From the IMG/VR virus record IMGVR_UViG_3300033120_000148, positions 11,764 through 75,763 of that record: a stretch of DNA of 64,000 bases; one strand, given 5' to 3'. Origin of the DNA: a virus. Taxonomy: Duplodnaviria; Heunggongvirae; Uroviricota; Caudoviricetes; Crassvirales. A program made the translations under genes and the position numbers. The notes beneath the pieces were generated by a model. It saw nothing but the letters and a program-made list of their open reading frames with translations, was not told the origin of the DNA and ran no database searches. Below, in pieces: positions 61,865 to 64,000 of this stretch; position 1 is the first letter of the stretch; each line of letters starts with the position of its first letter.

Positions 61865-61938
61865 ATATCAGATTTTAATAGTAGTATAATTACTCTAATA
61901 CTGATTAGGTACTAAAGTAATTATATATACAGTATATA

Positions 61939-62172
61939 CTATTCATTAACTTCATATAGTAAAGAATACCGATATTCTGGTGTCTCTACATTAGAGCTTT
62001 TAGTATTCTTTCTTAATTTAGGTAACATAGATAGTAGTAACCTTCTATCCTTTATATTCTTAATAGTTCTTTTAAAAAGATCCTTTAAGTCACTAGTAGG
62101 AACTGATGATACATCTGTGTTATTAATCTCTAGAATTGCTTTACTAGCAGTCTCAATATATTTTATCTTCAT
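61939..62172 (-). CDS. Hypothetical protein, 77 aa
   Basis: ORF only. Confidence 0.4.
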   Translation of the reverse strand: MKIKYIETASKAILEINNTDVSSVPTSDLKDLFKRTIKNIKDRRLLLSMLPKLRKNTKSSNVETPEYRYSLLYEVNE

Positions 62173-62191
62173 AATTTATTATTTAAAGAAA

Positions 62192-62341
62192 TTACTCCAT
62201 ACCAATTAAGTCATAGCAGCCCTTTGAAACTCTAGACTCTCTTAAATTAGTTACAGGATGAATAATATTATCCTCCTTAAATCTTATTTCAGCATTAGCT
62301 GGTAATCCTACTAATGCTTTTCTTAACTCTTTTACTGTCAT
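62192..62341 (-). CDS. Small ORF, 49 aa, not in the track
   Basis: ATG..TAA ORF found by eye in an otherwise unexplained 250-nt gap. Confidence 0.25.
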   Translation of the reverse strand: MTVKELRKALVGLPANAEIRFKEDNIIHPVTNLRESRVSKGCYDLIGME

Positions 62342-62424
62342 AATTTATTAATTTATTGTTATACCTTGATTAAATTGTTCAATGGTTAAAGTTCTCCATT
62401 TATAGCTATCATACAATTTATTAT

Positions 62425-62997
62425 TCATAGTTTGGTTCTAGCTATTAACTTACCTATTTCATATATTTCTTTTATATATTCATAATATCTCTTTTCAATA
62501 TTTAAGAGTTTAAATCCTTTCATATTATCTATACACCATGTAACATAGTTAAAGTCTTTATATATTATCTTACAAATATATTCTCCACTATACTTACCTA
62601 TTTTAAATTTAGACATATTCTCTTTACCCAGAATAGCTTTTAGTTCAAATTCATCAGCTCTTCTATAGTATTTGAGTTTATCTTTAGGTATATCTTCATA
62701 CACACTGAAAGGATAGTATTCACTAATAAAATACACACCAGAGTTACTACTATTATACATAGTAGCTCTAGCTAAGAATTCATCTTCATTATTACATAAA
62801 GTCATAGGACTAAATGAATCAGCATTTCCATTAGATAGCATATAGAACCCTCTTAATGGTATAGTACACATAGCAGTATACTCATCATCATTAAGAGAAG
62901 TCAATATCTTCTTATATCCAAGCTCTTTCAATTTATCTCTTAGTTCTTTAGTATTTTTAAGTATAGCACACTGATCTCCACTTATATTATAACTCAT
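62425..62997 (-). CDS. Hypothetical protein, 190 aa
   Basis: ORF only. Confidence 0.45.
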   Translation of the reverse strand: MSYNISGDQCAILKNTKELRDKLKELGYKKILTSLNDDEYTAMCTIPLRGFYMLSNGNADSFSPMTLCNNEDEFLARATMYNSSNSGVYFISEYYPFSVYEDIPKDKLKYYRRADEFELKAILGKENMSKFKIGKYSGEYICKIIYKDFNYVTWCIDNMKGFKLLNIEKRYYEYIKEIYEIGKLIARTKL

Positions 62998-63214
62998 CTA
63001 GTTCCTCCTCTATTCTAATTGGACTATCTTGTAAAGTTAATTCTTTACCTAATAATTTCTTGATAGAACCTGTAGGTAAAACTATAGTAGTTGAAACATA
63101 ACCCTCTTCTTCTAAGAATTGATAGTCATCCCATTCAAAGCCATCATAATTAGGTTTATAAGCTGATATAGTTTCTGCACCACTCTTATCTACTGCTAGC
63201 CATACTTCATTCAT
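62987..63214 (-). CDS. Hypothetical acidic protein, 75 aa
   Basis: ORF only. Confidence 0.4.
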   Translation of the reverse strand: MNEVWLAVDKSGAETISAYKPNYDGFEWDDYQFLEEEGYVSTTIVLPTGSIKKLLGKELTLQDSPIRIEEELDEL

Positions 63215-63429
63215 TTCTTTTTATGTTTAAATATTACAGTACTACTATTTATAGAACCTTCTATGTAGGCAATTATAAAGGCAAATATTGTAGCCCAAGA
63301 TAATACAGTAAGTAATAATGTACTACTAAATATATCACCAAGTTCATAATCTCTATACCCTAGAATATGTTTTATATCAAGAAAACCTGCTATAATACAT
63401 CCTATTAAATAAATTATTATATATATCAT
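63211..63429 (-). CDS. Small two-TM membrane protein, 72 aa
   Basis: Hydrophobic helices IIYLIGCIIAGFL and LLLTVLSWATIFAFIIAYI. Confidence 0.4.
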   Translation of the reverse strand: MIYIIIYLIGCIIAGFLDIKHILGYRDYELGDIFSSTLLLTVLSWATIFAFIIAYIEGSINSSTVIFKHKKK

Positions 63430-63446
63430 ATTATTATTATTTATTA

Positions 63447-63989
63447 TTAATAACGAAATCCTAATCTATAATACCAATGGTCTTTAATACCACAGTATTT
63501 TACTAGACACTCTCTTACAAATTTTATAGGGCAATGCCATTTAAGATACTTTATCTGCTCTAATGAAAGTCCTTCAGTAATAGCTATAGGATAATTAGAT
63601 AATGATGAGGACCTAGATGATAAATATTTATATCTCTTATTTATTCTATAGATATAATCTGTTGCAATATTAAAATCTATATTAGATATACTTACTAGTA
63701 ATGTTGCTGCTTGAATACTACCTAATGATAAATTATACTTATTATAAAGTTCTTTAGCTAGCATGTATTTATTGTTAAAATCATTAGCTTTAGCTGAAGT
63801 AAATAAATCAATATTTTTAGTATAATCTAGGAATATATGTAGATAAGTATCTAGAGTACTTTTTTCTCGAATATGGTTAACTAACCATTTCTGCAATTCT
63901 AATACTTGTTCATACTTATATACCTCTAGCTTACAATATACTTCATCTTTGGAGTCAAATTCTGATAAACAATACTCTTCATTTTTCAT
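63447..63989 (-). CDS. Hypothetical protein, 180 aa
   Basis: ORF only. Confidence 0.45.
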   Translation of the reverse strand: MKNEEYCLSEFDSKDEVYCKLEVYKYEQVLELQKWLVNHIREKSTLDTYLHIFLDYTKNIDLFTSAKANDFNNKYMLAKELYNKYNLSLGSIQAATLLVSISNIDFNIATDYIYRINKRYKYLSSRSSSLSNYPIAITEGLSLEQIKYLKWHCPIKFVRECLVKYCGIKDHWYYRLGFRY

Positions 63990-64000
63990 AACTAGGTCAA

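Noticed and set aside
1-64000. TGA (code 4) recoding, CRISPR arrays, rRNA, suppressor tRNA
   Set aside because: TGA is used as a genuine stop on the minus arm (e.g. polA exon 2, nrdD) and is absent from the recoded frames. No repeat-spacer arrays and no tRNA- or rRNA-like sequences were seen, so the suppressor tRNA must be outside this window.

Overview
AT-rich (~30% GC) dsDNA phage window that looks like a crAss-like or related phage of Bacteroidota, with two convergently transcribed arms meeting at a bidirectional terminator pair (~17.76-17.84 kb). (1) Plus strand, 1-17.7 kb: a virion/late block in which TAG is evidently a sense codon (genetic-code-15-like, presumably Gln). There are single reading frames in which TAG occurs dozens of times, while I found no in-frame TAA/TGA by codon-by-codon reading, which was not exhaustive. 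Read this way the fragmented ORF track collapses into 7 genes, including giants of ~1590 and ~2167 aa, all ending in TAA. One 176-aa gene embedded in this block has no TAG at all. Two copies of a conserved promoter motif TTTTA..ATCTTTGCARCAA (Bacteroides-type -7 TAnnTTTG) precede plus-strand genes. (2) Minus strand, 17.9-64 kb: standard-code genes. A 1350-aa and a 2401-aa protein lead the arm; the latter carries a DFDVD motif and is a candidate crAss-like giant virion RNA polymerase. Behind them sits a nucleotide-metabolism/replication module: ThyX, P-loop kinase, dUTPase, NrdD/NrdG, UDG, family-A DNA polymerase, TOPRIM primase, DnaB-like and SF2 helicases, an AAA_24-like ATPase and PD-(D/E)xK nucleases. 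A lysis cluster follows (secreted GH73 glucosaminidase, small TM protein, SPFH lipoprotein), then a GroEL chaperonin, HAD phosphatase, GNAT and many small hypotheticals. Notable extras: the polA gene is split after motif A by a ~1.06-kb group I intron (R/S core elements visible) carrying a LAGLIDADG homing endonuclease, with a free-standing HNH endonuclease just downstream. The AAA_24-like ATPase is split by a 338-nt ORF-less, GC-richer insert (candidate HEG-less intron). There is an adjacent E1(ThiF)-like + JAB/MPN+ pair, a membrane-anchored retropepsin-like aspartic protease abutting polA, and an orphan HicA-like 59-aa ORF missed by the ORF track. No tRNA (including the expected TAG suppressor), CRISPR or rRNA was found in the window.
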